The position numbers were made by a program, and so were the translations under genes. The notes below the pieces were generated by a model. It did not search any database. It saw nothing but the letters and a program-made list of their open reading frames with translations, and was not told the origin of the DNA. From Octopus bimaculoides (taxonomy: Eukaryota), in the NCBI RefSeq assembly GCF_001194135.2, contig NC_068983.1, forward strand, positions 79,583,752 through 79,647,751: a stretch of DNA of 64,000 nt, in the 5' to 3' direction. This document shows positions 13,856-26,096 of the stretch, piece after piece. Each line of letters opens with the position of its first letter. Position 1 is the stretch's first letter.

Positions 13856-14139
13856 NNNNNNNNNNNNNNNNNNNNNNNNNNNNNNNNNNNNNNNNNNNNN
13901 NNNNNNNNNNNNNNNNNNNNNNNNNNNNNNNNNNNNNNNNNNNNNNNNNNNNNNNNNNNNNNNNNNNNNNNNNNNNNNNNNNNNNNNNNNNNNTATATAT
14001 ATGCTCTGTTGTGGAAATCAGCTGCTTGCAGAAACTTTGCCAGATCAGATTGGAGCCTGGTGCAGCCTTCTGTCTTGACAGTCCTCAGTCAAATCTTCCA
14101 ACCCATGCTAGCATGGAAAGCGGACGTTAAACGATGATG

Positions 14140-14177
<38 letters not shown>

Positions 14178-14342
14178 CATATATGAATATATATATACAA
14201 ATATATATACATACATATATGAATATATATATATATAAATATATATACATACATATATGAATATATGTATATATAAATGAATGTATATATGAATATATAT
14301 GAATGAATATATATATATATGAATATATATATATATATATGA
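13786..14342. repeat. Compound (CA)n/(TA)n microsatellites with gap 13856-13993, an intervening short repeat copy, and a higher-order TA-rich unit of about 36-38 bp
   Basis: Directly visible. The unit acatacatatatgaatatatatata(c/t)aaatatatat repeats about 2.5 times from about 14172. Confidence 0.9.
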
Positions 14343-15174
14343 ATATATAAATGTACCGTGCACACAATGGTAGGACCCTATGTTTACATTGGGCAGACGG
14401 CTGATTCATTTAAGAATCGTTATCGTAAACATGTTGCCAGCTTTAAGGCAAATCAATAAGAGACATTCAACATCTTTTGCAAATTTTGTATGGGGTCTGA
14501 AGGAGGATAAAATGAAGTACAGTATTAATTGGTCCATAGTAAGGCATGCAAAACCATACAATATAATTTCCAGGAGATGCCATATAAATGTACTTTTTCA
14601 CAATGTAGTGGGAATGAATTTTGAATAACCATTAACTTAATTTACTTTAAGGTATGGGTGACTTAAATTTACTTTTAACCTCCCCATTCTTATAAACCCC
14701 ATGTAGATAGATAACTCACTTTGTGACCATGAGTGCACCAAACCTCACGTGTGCGTATGCTCACATTTTTGCAGATGCTTGTATGAGCAAGTGTACTTGT
14801 GCCATGCAGCTTGCCCGAGGGTGTTTATACATCCATAACTGTTAACAGTTATTTTTAATACTTTTGTCTCTGAATTGCGTGTTCATTTCTCTTTTTGTCA
14901 TCTGTGATTTTATTTTTGATCTTCTATATAAATGAAGACATTTCCTCCGTCTGGCTGCTTTTCTCTCTACAAAACTGAAAGTTACATTGTGTAACAGTCA
15001 TTTTACTGAGTTGTATTTATTTATCACTCAACGAGATACATCTGCACTACTAGATGATCCTGAATCAGTTGTTGAATGTCCCACCCAAGAGAATCAATGC
15101 TCGACATGTCAAAACAATTGTCGTGATTTATAATAAATTCTTGTATATTCCATCTTCCGTCTTTCATTTGCTAC
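14343..15174 (+). mobile_element. Penelope-like element 3' fragment, copy 1 (GIY-YIG endonuclease plus 3' region)
   Basis: Reads [34 protein letters not shown], then after a frameshift RHSTSFANFVWGLKEDKMKYSINWSIVRHAKPYNIISRRC. About 600 bp of 3' sequence is shared with 20168-20862. TA-rich microsatellite flanks both sides. Confidence 0.85.
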
Positions 15175-15456
15175 ATATGAATATATATATATATATATAA
15201 ATATATGTATAAATATATATACATCGTAGTCATGGCCATTACTGGCGTCGTGTAAATGGCACCCATGCCATTGACACATAAGAGCAACTATTAACTCTCG
15301 GAGTGGTTGGTGTTAGGAAGGGCATCCAGCTGGAGAAACCATGCCAAAGTCAGACTGGATCCTGGTGCAGCTCTCCCTGTTTACCAGTTCCAGTCAAACC
15401 ATTTAGCCCATGCCAGCATGGGAAGCTGATGCTAAATGATGACGATGATGATTATT

Positions 15457-15497
<41 letters not shown>

Positions 15498-16819
15498 GTA
15501 TTACCTAACTGATGTGTGATGAAGAATTAAAGTCACTTAGATTTTCCTATGATACTGGTAATGTATTAAATTTTCAGTTCAACGGACAAAAATGTGTCTG
15601 TAAAATGAACTGTGAGTATATACTTCTCTATTGAAAGAATGAAAGCATTTATATGGAAGTATAATGAAAGTGTTTACATTATGCATTAGGTCTTTTACAT
15701 TCTTTTGTACTGAACGTTGTCTACAATAACGCCAAAGCACAGCTGTTTACAAGTTGTGCAAGTCTTTTTTTATAAGTCTACTTACATTCCAGATTATATT
15801 GATTAATGTCCAATTAAATACAGCAAAATTTTGCTCAGTATTGGTGATAGGAAGTAGTCAAATAAAATGTAAAATTGGCATTGATTACAATAAAGAATTT
15901 TTTGCCTTTTTAGTGTTATCTAAACAGAAATTCATAAGGTAAATAGATATGTATAAATACAATACCAATACAATCTTTGTCCCGTGAAAATGCATATGAA
16001 GTACTGGATGGGGTTTTTAAAATGGATTTTTCATTTACTGGAAATTTAAAATGCTGTTTTAATTTATTAAGAATCTGATATATAAATGGTTTAAAAAGTT
16101 ATTGAAAAATGTTGTTTTTTATCAATGACATCAATAATGTTGTCATTACAGCAGGTACACTTTTAGAACCTATACTAGTAATATTTCAAATGTCACTTTC
16201 AAATTTACTTTCTATTTTGTTTAGAATGCATGAATATTTTCAGTGTATTTTAAACATTCATTATAATAAATCTGACTAAGCAATTCTTTTTCCTATACAT
16301 CATAATACCAAAGAAAATTCAATGCGCATTGTATACAAAAGATATTTTTCCCTGAATTCCATAACTCATAATTAGTGGTGTGCATTATACAATAAGTGTG
16401 TATTACATATGAATAAAAACAGTAGATAACCAAAGATCATTCAAGTAGATGTAAAGTTTTAAAAATGGCACAAATATGCTTCTTTTTTTTATTTTCCTGC
16501 AAACTTTTTTCAACTAGCAAGCTATCCAGTTGCAAACTTCTATTAGCATTAGAATACAGAAAGTATTTATGAAATAGAAAACATATCACACCATATGATG
16601 TGACAGTTCAGAAGTTTTAAAAATATAGATTTCAATAAATTTAGATTAAGGTCTGAAAATAAATATCATGTTGGTAATTATAGGGTGGAAAATGAAATGA
16701 AAAAGATATGATGTTTATGTTATCACATTATTGTTTTTACTTGTTTAAGAGCTGTTTAAAATAAGCAACTATTACAATTTTTGTTGATTTTTATGAAAAA
16801 GAATACAAAATATAATTAT

Positions 16820-17500
16820 AGCTGCTCTCCTCTTTCATCACTTCCTCCTTATCTTGATGATCAACATTTTAATATCCATTTCCCTGGTATGTCTTTGTTT
16901 CAGAATTTCATCTGTGAGGTCCAGTGCTCTGCTATCTGATACACAGCACTTATTCAGCACACATGTATGCCACATATCCCACACCAGCCTTTTCTGCTGG
17001 TTAACAGGACACATCTTGTGAATAATTTTCCTTTCATTTTCTTTCTAACCCTGGCAGATCAACCACTGTCCATATATTACTATTGCACTTCATGCTTCTT
17101 AAATATGCTTTACATAGTCTGATTTTCACATGCAAGGAGAAACTTTCTCTTCTCGACCAAGATGGTTCTGTAAGCAGTACACTTGGTAATGAATCAACCA
17201 GGCACACTAACCACTTTACATCTAGTTTCATTCTGCAAATGCAAAAAATAATACTACTTGACCTCTTTCTTTTATTAAAAGCTGCCACATAACCAACTCA
17301 TCTGCCTTGAGCATAAATTCTCTGGTCACTATGACTCAACAAATTAAGCAGATTTAATAGTTCTCTTATTGTTATTCATGAGCTCATAGCTGAAACCTAT
17401 CCTGATCAATCTGGAGATCTTATCTTCCTCTGTTGTTATCTCCCCTAACCTTTGGAAACATCCAAATATGGCTTGTCTCTTAAAACAGTCAATGAGAAAC
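16820..17500 (-). mobile_element. Degenerate RTE-like LINE, post-RT region
   Basis: Minus frames give SDQRIYAQ..AAFNKRK (compare D.EI..RI..A..AF.K) followed by decayed downstream motifs, with many stops and frameshifts. Confidence 0.55.
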
Positions 17501-17904
17501 TGTATATGGTTAATCTGATAGAAATAGCAACCAAATATCCCTCAACTTACACCTACAATTGAATGTAAGAATGGAACATTTTAATTAAGGTCTTACAAGT
17601 CTCTAAAATGATGGGATGGGCAAGGCTGGAATGCCTTTTGCTTAATCAGGGTTGACCTGCAGCTAAACAATAACAATTTTAAACACTTCAATAGAAGTAA
17701 AGGTTGTTATATAGTCACTTTTTTAAGCCTTCAGACTATTTTTCTCGGCAATGACCTCCAGTATGGAGGTCACTGAGGAGAACCTTATCTATTGGAGATT
17801 TACCATTCTACATCATCATCTTGAGAAGTTTGACAAAAGCACTGCTACTACTCTTAAAATAAGCAAATTTATTGATCATTTCCAGTAAAAGAGATGTCAT
17901 TGAA

Positions 17905-17978
17905 CATCCTAGAAATATTTGGATGTATTTCTCATCCTAGAAATATTTTGATGTATTTCTCATCCTAGAAATATTTTG
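17905..17978. repeat. 28-bp tandem repeat, about 2.6 copies
   Basis: Unit catcctagaaatattt(g/t)gatgtatttct starts at 17905, 17933 and 17961. Confidence 0.95.
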
Positions 17979-18049
17979 TTAATTCACTCTATTATAAAGT
18001 GTGTGAACCAGACCTATTTAAATTCCTTATGTATTAATTCTGGCACGCC

Positions 18050-18720
18050 TCAGTGTTCAGTTATTTTTTATCATATACTACCTTCTCTTTATTAATAATC
18101 TAGTGGATATTGTTATTTCCAACCAAACGCAACACCTATGTATTTGATAATACCATTTTCTCTTTGATAACTTTCTTCCTGCAAGTATTACCCACAGCCA
18201 GCTTTTGCAGATACATTTTGTTTTGTTACCATTAAGCACATTTACTACACATGTAACAACTACTGGTGATCTTTTGTAGAACCACATTTTTCTATAACAT
18301 TGCTAAAACTGAATTTCAAAGTTCAGGTGAGAGACCCAGTTTGTAAATAAAAAAGATACTTCAGTACTGAAAATAATTAATGATTCTATTCAAGGTGAAA
18401 CAGCACTCCACAAAGCAAGACTATTAAACTGATAGGCAAGCAATAATATAGTCATTAGTATACTGAAACATATGCCACTCCCTCCTTCTACTACAACAAT
18501 GACTCTCTTTCTGGTCTGACAATTTGTACATCACTTAACTCTGCCCATTTTGTTATCTTTACTATTTCAGATGCCCAAATCTCTGCATCATATACTTTTC
18601 CCCTACTCTTATCCTTAGAATGGAGCTTTTTTTAAATATTCTTCTGTAACCTTATGTTTCTCGATATTCCTCTTTCACCCATTCAGCATCCTTGCTGCAC
18701 ACTTACACATATGAAAAATG
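18050..18720 (-). mobile_element. Degenerate RTE-like LINE fragments
   Basis: Minus frames give VLNGNKTKC...ILAGRKL (compare LKIN..KTK.M) and QRFGHL (compare LRWFGH). The pieces are weak and out of colinear order. Confidence 0.4.
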
Positions 18721-19162
18721 TAGTCTTATTTATAATACAATTTACTGCATAATGCTAACAAGATTGTTTTTATTAACTCAACTTCAGCATCCTAAAAATA
18801 AATAAGAAATAAAACTAACTAGATGGTTTTGGGTCCAGTCCCACTGTTTGACTTCTTGGAGAAGTGTCTTCTTTTTATAGTCCCAGGCCAACCAAAGTCT
18901 TGTGTGGTGGTTTGGTAGACAGAAATGGAAAGAAGTCCATTGTGTGTGTGTGTGTGTGTATCTCGGAATCTACATACCATGGACAAAAAGTATTTCTACA
19001 CAACACTTTCCTTGGATAATGGAACTGCAACTGTAACATCCTACATATATTTTTACTTTTATTGTTATTCTCTTATTTCCCTTTATACTTCCTATATCCA
19101 TCCTTTTCCAAAATAACTCCTTATATTGAACTATTATTTTCTTCTAGTTAACTCTCATATCA

Positions 19163-19208
19163 TCTCCGATGAAGGGATGTCCTTAATATCTCAGAAACGG
19201 CTGTAAGA
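19163..19208 (+). ncRNA. Minimal type-I hammerhead-ribozyme-like motif in a probable Penelope pseudo-LTR
   Basis: TCT-CCGATGA(19166-72)-A-GGGATG/TATCTC stem II-A-GAAAC(19194-98)-GGCT-GTA(19203-05)-AGA. The core has U4 changed to C. An upstream frame contains ...TLSLDNG, similar to the LN.D.G end of PLE endonucleases. Confidence 0.55.
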
Positions 19209-19471
19209 CTGTCTTTCTTTTTATAAATGTCCTATAAATTCCACATAGCCTTGGTTTTGTTGTTTTATCTTATTTCCAAGCTTGCATGGAAGCCTCTCTA
19301 GCCAGGGAAAATATTATTTTGATCAGAGAGATAAGGGTTGGTGATAAGAAGATCCTCTGGCTGTAGAAAATCTGCCACAATGAATTCTGTTTGACCCATA
19401 CAAGTATGAAAAAGAAGACATTAAGAGAATGAGGACAAGTCCCCGAATTTTGAACTCAAAATGTAAAGTAA

Positions 19472-19705
19472 CAGGTGTGGCTGTGCAGTAAGAAGCTTGC
19501 TTCCCAACCACATAGTTCTGGGTTCAGTCCCATTGCATGGCACCTTGAGTGAGTGTCTTCCACAATAGCCTTGGGCTGACCATAGCCTTGTAAGTGGATT
19601 TGGCAGACAGAAACTGAAAGAAGCCTGTCGTATATATATATATGTGTGTGTGTATATATATATCTGTGTGTATGTGTGTATGTATATATATATATATATA
19701 TGTAT

Positions 19706-19750
<45 letters not shown>

Positions 19751-19912
19751 TTTGCATCTGTGTTTGACTGTCCCCCACCACCATTGCTTGACAACTGATA
19801 GTGGTGTGTTTATGTTCGCATAAGTTAGCAGTTTGGCAAAAGAGATCAGTAGAATAAGTACTAGGCTTACAAAGAATATGTCCTGGGGTCGATTTCTTCA
19901 ACTAAAACCCTT
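19472..19912 (+). mobile_element. tRNA-derived SINE (family S1) with a TA/TG microsatellite core
   Basis: Head caggtgtggctgtgcagtaagaagcttgcttcccaaccacatagttctgggttcagtccc, with body and tail as in the other S1 copies. Confidence 0.88.
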
Positions 19913-20167
19913 TATCTGTAAAAGAGTAACAGGAATATATGTGGCAGTCATTTTTTCTCCAATGCTCTACAAATTCTATAATCCCTCCATCCATTTTGTT
20001 TGTTTTAGTGTGAACAAATTATTTCAGTAGGGATTGTTGTGTTGTTAAAAAAATGTTTACATTCACACACACTCATACATAAGACAAATTAGCAGAGTGC
20101 CTTGCAGCATACATTCTTGCTCTCTATTGCTCTGAGTTCAAATCACACTGGGGTAAGGTACGTGAAA

Positions 20168-20862
20168 CCATAGTAACATACATGTAAAAATACAATATAA
20201 TTTCCAGGAGATGCCATCTCTGCTCTGAGGAATCCCTATCTATTCTGTGGACTAATGAGAAGGTTATTAATTGAATTTCTGAACAACTCTTCAGATGCCT
20301 ACATGCATATAAATGTACTTTTGCATAAGGCATTGAGAATGAATTTTCAGCAACCATTAACTTAATTTGATTTACTTTAAGGCATGGATGACTTAAGTTT
20401 ACTTTTAACCTCCCCATTCTTATAAACAACACGTAGATAGATAACTCACTTTGTGACCATGAGTGCACCAAACCCCACGAGTGTGTATGCTCACATTTTT
20501 GAAGATACTTGTATGAGTGAATGCACTCATGCTATACAGCTTGCCTGAGGGTGTTTATACATCCATATCTGTTAACGTTTATTTTTAATACTTTTCTCAC
20601 TGAATTGCATGTTCATTTCTCTTTTTGTCATCTGTGATTTTATTTTTGATCTTCTATATAAATGAAGACATTTCCTCCGTCTGGGTGCTTTTCTTTCTAC
20701 AAAATGGAAAGTTACGCAAGTTGAATTTATTTATCACCCTACGAGATACATCTGCACCACTGGATGCTCCTGAACCAGTTGTTGTGTGTTCCACCCATGA
20801 GGAATTGATGCTAGATATGTCAAAACAATTGTCATGATTAATGATAAATTCTCATATATTCC
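20168..20862 (+). mobile_element. Penelope-like element 3' fragment, copy 2 (endonuclease C-terminus plus 3' region), running into a gap
   Basis: Reads YNIISRRCHLCSEESLSILWTNEKVIN*ISEQLFRCLHAYKCTF (CxxC...CxH). Colinear with about 14533-15150. Confidence 0.85.
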
Positions 20863-20977
20863 NNNNNNNNNNNNNNNNNNNNNNNNNNNNNNNNNNNNNN
20901 NNNNNNNNNNNNNNNNNNNNNNNNNNNNNNNNNNNNNNNNNNNNNNNNNNNNNNNNNNNNNNNNNNNNNNNNNNNNN

Positions 20978-21024
<47 letters not shown>

Positions 21025-21810
21025 CAGGATGTGTTGAATAAACTGTCATCTAAATTCCGAAAAAAATGAAAATAACACTCTCATCTCATTCTAACAGATA
21101 TATTTACCAAAATTGCATAAAACTGTCTTGAAATATTAAAGAGTAAATTCATTCAATAAAATTGCCAATGGCTTCAACCACAGCCTCCAGATGACTTCAA
21201 AATCTCCTGCAACTTTTCTGTGTGGTCTCCTTATTTAAGTTGAGGAATGCTGCCATAATCCTTACCCTCAGTTCATCTTTGGTGTTACAAGGATTTTATT
21301 GGTTTCTCACTCAACTGCACCCCACACATAATAATCAAGAGGGTTGCAGTCTAAGGAGTTAATTGGCCAGATGTTAGGGGTAATGTGGTTGCAGAAATTG
21401 TTTAGACAGCCATGACTGGGCTCTCCTGCTTCTTTGGCATGGCACAGAGTCCTGTTGCCAGACATAGGGTCTTCTAGCAGCCACCCTCTTGACTCAGGGC
21501 AGCACTATCTTCTCAAGGCACTTGATGTATGTATGCCTCCATGTTGAGTCTGAGGCCATGTGGGAAGACGAATGGAGGCATAGCATTGCCATCACTAATG
21601 ACCACTCCAAACACCATGATGTTTATTGGATGTTTGATTTTTATCACTCTTGATACATGTTCTCAGATTGACACGCAAACACTCTGAAATGTTTGTATTG
21701 GAGCTTCTGGCACAAATACCAAGCAGCGCAGCATGTTTCCAAATTTTTGGCAGAGTGAAGTGCATCATGGTGCTGTTTTTCTCACAGACGGTGTCCGACT
21801 ATGCTTCAAC
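21025..21810 (-). mobile_element. Internally deleted Tc1/mariner element of the DD37D (maT) type
   Basis: Starts TA|caggatgtgttgaataaactgtcatc. The minus strand reads MMHFTLPKIWKHAALLGICARSSNTNISECLRVNLRT, then jumps to KIKHPINIMVFGVVISDGNAMPPFVFPHGLRLN...YVWQQDSVPC...CNPLDYYVWGAVE. QQD-to-PLD spacing is 37 after correcting one frameshift. Confidence 0.88.
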
Positions 21811-21856
21811 ACAGGAAATCACATAAAAAATCTTGGAAACCAAATCCAAAAACGAA

Positions 21857-21887
<31 letters not shown>

Positions 21888-21942
21888 CCAAAGCCTTGTG
21901 AGTGGATTTGGTAGACAGAAACTGAAACAAGACCATTGTGTG

Positions 21943-22006
<64 letters not shown>

Positions 22007-22052
22007 ATCTTGTTTCAGTTTCTGTCTACCAAATCCACTCACAAAGCTTTGG
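21888..22052. repeat. Near-perfect inverted repeat with 52-bp SINE-derived arms around a (TA)n centre
   Basis: 21888-21939 matches the reverse complement of 22001-22052 with 2 mismatches. Confidence 0.95.
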
Positions 22053-22599
22053 TCAGCCCGAGGCTATAGTAGAAGACCCTTGCCCAGTGTGACACGCAGT
22101 GGGACTGAACCTGGAATCATGTGGTTGGGAAACAAGCTTCTTACCACACAGACACACCTGTGCCTAATATATACACACGCAGACCCACACTCGTACATAC
22201 GAGGATGCATACTTGTAAACATATATAGAGAGAGCAAGAGAGAGATGAATTCCACCATCAAAGACACTTTTAGCCATTCAAAAGCACACAAAAACATTTA
22301 ACCTCATTTTATCGTTTAGACAATAAATAATAAATGATAAAGTTAAGTTTTTGTGTTTTTGAATGGCTAATATGGGTGTTCCAGGCCGTAATTGCTTTAG
22401 TTTCAATACTTGGTCACAAATCAAATCACTTGCCAAACAAGTACAACTCCAATATGTATGATCAGTATGTCTTATTTTGTTTATTATTGAGATATCTGAT
22501 GAGAATATGATGGAGAAGTGTTTCTTATGGCTAGATGCTTTTCCTGACACCAACCCTCACTCATTTTAAATTGAGATAATAATCTCTCAGTCTATCAAA

Positions 22600-22790
22600 C
22601 TGAAAACAGTTCAAGAATAATTACACGGAGAACTGGAAGTAAAGGACGGTTAAATGAGCATTTGTTTACCAAGATAATGCAATATGTCAGGACATGTAAA
22701 GAATCCCAGACATGCACTTGTGGTGGCCAGCACACAAATGACATTACTCGCTTGCAAGGCTGTTGCTTACAATTAGCAAACAAATGTGAA
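22600..22790 (+). mobile_element. Highly degenerate Gypsy-like pol fragment (integrase zinc-binding region)
   Basis: Pieces in different frames read HGELEVKDG, GHVK, HLWWP and NDITRLQGC, resembling ELSV.DG...H.GH.G..K...R..WWP.I..DI...V..C. Confidence 0.4.
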
Positions 22791-24130
22791 TATGAAGAAA
22801 AATGCAAACTCAAACATACATGTATACATACATGCATACATACATGCAAATATACATACATGCATACACACATGCAAACATACATACATGCATACAATCA
22901 TGCAAACATACATACATATATACATGCATGCATGCGTAAAAGCAAACAAACATGCATATTTGTATATGCATGTGTAGTTATACACAGATATTTATATATA
23001 TGTATCTTCAGTTTCCATCTACCAAATCCATTCACAAGGCTTTTGATTAGCCTAGGGCTATAGTAGAAGACAGACACAATATGCCATGCACTGAGACTGA
23101 ACCCAAACCCTGTTGATTGAGAACTAAACTTCTTCTCAAGATCATGCCTACGCCTATGTAATAGATATAGTGAGTAAGTGTATACATAAACTGTTGTGTT
23201 GTTAAAATTTCATGGCTCTCTAGAAGTTTTAACATGAAATAGCTACTGTTAAAAATGTATTCAGTAAAATACTATTATTTATTCTTGCTGCAGCTATTTC
23301 CTCTTTCTAAAAGCTATTTTGTTCTGTTCTGTTTTGTCTATTACATATCAGTAAAACTGAGATTGCTAGATTTATTTTATGTAATGCATCTTGCATTTGT
23401 AATTATAAACCTACAAAGGAATAATAAAATGTTTGTCTTAGTAAAAACTGTTTGTGGGGGGTACTACCAATCATGGAAAATGCCAGAATGTAAAGTGAAA
23501 GGTATCAACCATCTTAGCTAATCAGCATCGGTGATTAGATGTAATAGTGTAATAAGCCAGATGAAAATAACCATGTATCCCTGAATGAAGAAGAGCTTCA
23601 ATACATGGTCACTCATACTGGTTGAAATAGCAGCCAGACTTCACTAAATTAGTGAAAGAGTCTCTACACATTGACTTAGTCTGGTAGAAATAGGAACCAA
23701 ATCTTCAAAGTGATGAGGGATCCTCAACATACTCAGTTGACCTGTAAGAAATAAAAGTCAAGCTTCCATCAAATCACACTCTAATATCATAAAAATGGAA
23801 GGACACATTTGATAATACCGCCATGCATACCAGAGAAAAAGATGGTATAGTTACAGCGAGAATATCTTTTGGCATAAATCTGCTCAAAGTAAGCCAACCT
23901 GGGGTTAAACAGTAACCAGAGTATAAATATGAATTAGAAAGAATCGCATTAACTGAGAATCATAAGCATAAACTGTCTGCAAATGATCTAAATGATCTTG
24001 TCTTTTTTATGCCTGAGCTTGTATACATTATTCCTATAATGTTTGTTTATATATATTGTCAGCACTATTATCTGTCATTTATTTCATTGTAAATGCAATT
24101 TGTGAATAATAGCAGCTTTGGTTGTTGCAG

Positions 24131-24203
24131 GTTCAGAAATGCAGTCACTAGTTCACAGCATTCAAGAGATAACAAGAACACAGGGGATTGACTGTAGCTC
24201 AGT
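24131..24203 (+). CDS. Candidate 73-nt exon (SEMQSLVHSIQEITRTQGIDCSS)
   Basis: Acceptor gttgttgcAG and donor GTaaat; open in phase 1-2. Confidence 0.25.
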
Positions 24204-24899
24204 GTAAATTAGCTTTCAAGAAAGACACTTTTCTTTCTAAACACTGGTTTTCTAGTTTTCTCACAGATATAAAAACAAAAGTAATACTCACACACACATG
24301 TACATATGTGTATACATACACAGAGATCTTTCACATAGTTTCCATTTCCCAAATTCTGTTTCAGATGTATTGTTTTATCTGTGCTTATGATAAAACATTT
24401 GTCCAAAGTGCTCCATCATGACATTGAACTAGGAACAATAGCTATTCCTACACCCTAACAAAAATAAATTTCTAGTGGGAGTCTAAGCTAATTCATCAAG
24501 TAAAATATGTTACAAAGAGTAGTGACTTGGCTGGAGTAACATAAAGTTTGAATGAATAGGTTTTAGTTTAGTTTGTAATGGACATAAACCCTACAATGAT
24601 GGTCAAATTCTTAACAAGCCAACACAAATATAAAATAGATAGTTATGAACAAATTCTATTCAGATTTGTTTATCTTTGTTTTTGTTTTTTTTATAAATAG
24701 GTGAAAATGTTTACCATTAAAATGGAAATAATTATCAATTCCATCTTGTTTTTAAAATAATAATAATATTGATTTTCATTTATACAGTACTTAAATGCAT
24801 TACAACTCATCAGAAAATAGTAAAAGATTGGGTAGAAAGCAGAAGTAAGTAAAGTATGGTAGTAATAAAAATCAAAAATGATTGAACAGTTCACAGAAT

Positions 24900-25330
24900 A
24901 AACCACAGAAGAGACAGCAAAGTGAACTATTAAAGAATCTTTAAGAGGAAAGGGTACATAGGTGTGTCAGGAGTAGTGTTGGTGAAAAACAGGGAACATG
25001 GAATTTTTGTAGAATGCAGTGTCCAGATAGCTAACAACCAATACAAGTACTTTATTTTGTGCTTTGACAATTCTGAGCATGAAAAAAATATTTTAGAAAG
25101 TTATGGGCACTGTGCTGTTTTCGGGATTTTATAAGCAGGTACATGAGTGATAGAGGTATTGAATTTAAAAATGTCAAAGTTGTTGGAAAGATGGTGGATA
25201 ATCTTGTGGGTTTTTACCAAGTCATATGCTAGATGTGGGAATTTTGTGTTGGTTAATATAGAGAAGGGTTCTTACTCTGAACTATATCATAAACCTGGTT
25301 GACAATGTGAAATGGGGCTGCAGAGGAATA
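24900..25330 (-). mobile_element. CR1/L2-like LINE 3' fragment
   Basis: The minus frame reads YDLVKTHKIIHHL...KIFFSCS, resembling DLI.TYKI.HG...RK.FFS.R at the CR1 ORF2 C-terminus. Confidence 0.5.
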
Positions 25331-26096
25331 TGGCTTATGGAAATGGTTAAACCATGTTTGAATTATATAAAATTAGTTCCAGAATAAGTAATATAGTTGA
25401 ACCTGTAAAACAGTTTTGCAAGCAATTTGTGCCAACAAACTGTAGTCATTTTGTCACACAAAGAAACCAATTTATCAAAATATAATAAAACTGAAATTAC
25501 ATTTTTTCTCAGGGGAGTAGGTTGTGATGTGAAAGCAGAATAATATGAAAGCAGATAATTTAAAACCAGCATCTTTGGTGACTGTTAAAAATTCCAGGAA
25601 GATAAGTGAAAGTTTAAAAAGAGAAACAGTACCTTATTTAAATATATCTCGACAAAAATGACAAAAATATCATTATTCATTATTCATTGGAGATGAATTT
25701 GACATTTACTTCATCTGAAATCATTTAGAATGTTTGACAATGTCACTTCAATTTGACAGAAATGTTTGTTTATGGCATTGCTTTAGTGATGTCTATAAAA
25801 GAATAAGGAAATGGTTTACCGTACATCTAATTTAATTTTTCCAGTATAAGATGGCAATAGTGGCTGAAGAATAATTAAAGTACAAGGTCACTAACGAAAT
25901 ATTTTAAGAGATTTTTGTAATTTTGATAACAGCAATGACAACAGGAAATATTTTTAATATGGTTTGAAATTGTAGTCATGGCAGATACTGGTACCATGCA
26001 ACTGGCACCCATACTGGTGGCACATAAACGCACACATTACACTTTCAGAGTGGTTGGCATTAGGAAGGGCATTCAGCTGTAGAAGCTATTTCTAAT

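Noticed and set aside
15075-15130. AAAAC-AATT-GTC palindrome in both PLE copies (also about 20820-20833) as a hammerhead half
   Set aside because: The G of GAAA is absent in both copies, the upstream core reads CC(C)AWGA rather than CUGANGA, and stem II pairs poorly.
15786-15919. Minus-strand segment with a strong acceptor and a GTAAGT donor
   Set aside because: All three frames contain stops over the full interval.
20270-20285. In-frame TGA in the PLE endonuclease as possible selenocysteine
   Set aside because: It does not sit at a cysteine of the CxxC/CxH motif and is better explained by CGA-to-TGA decay. No SECIS was recognised.
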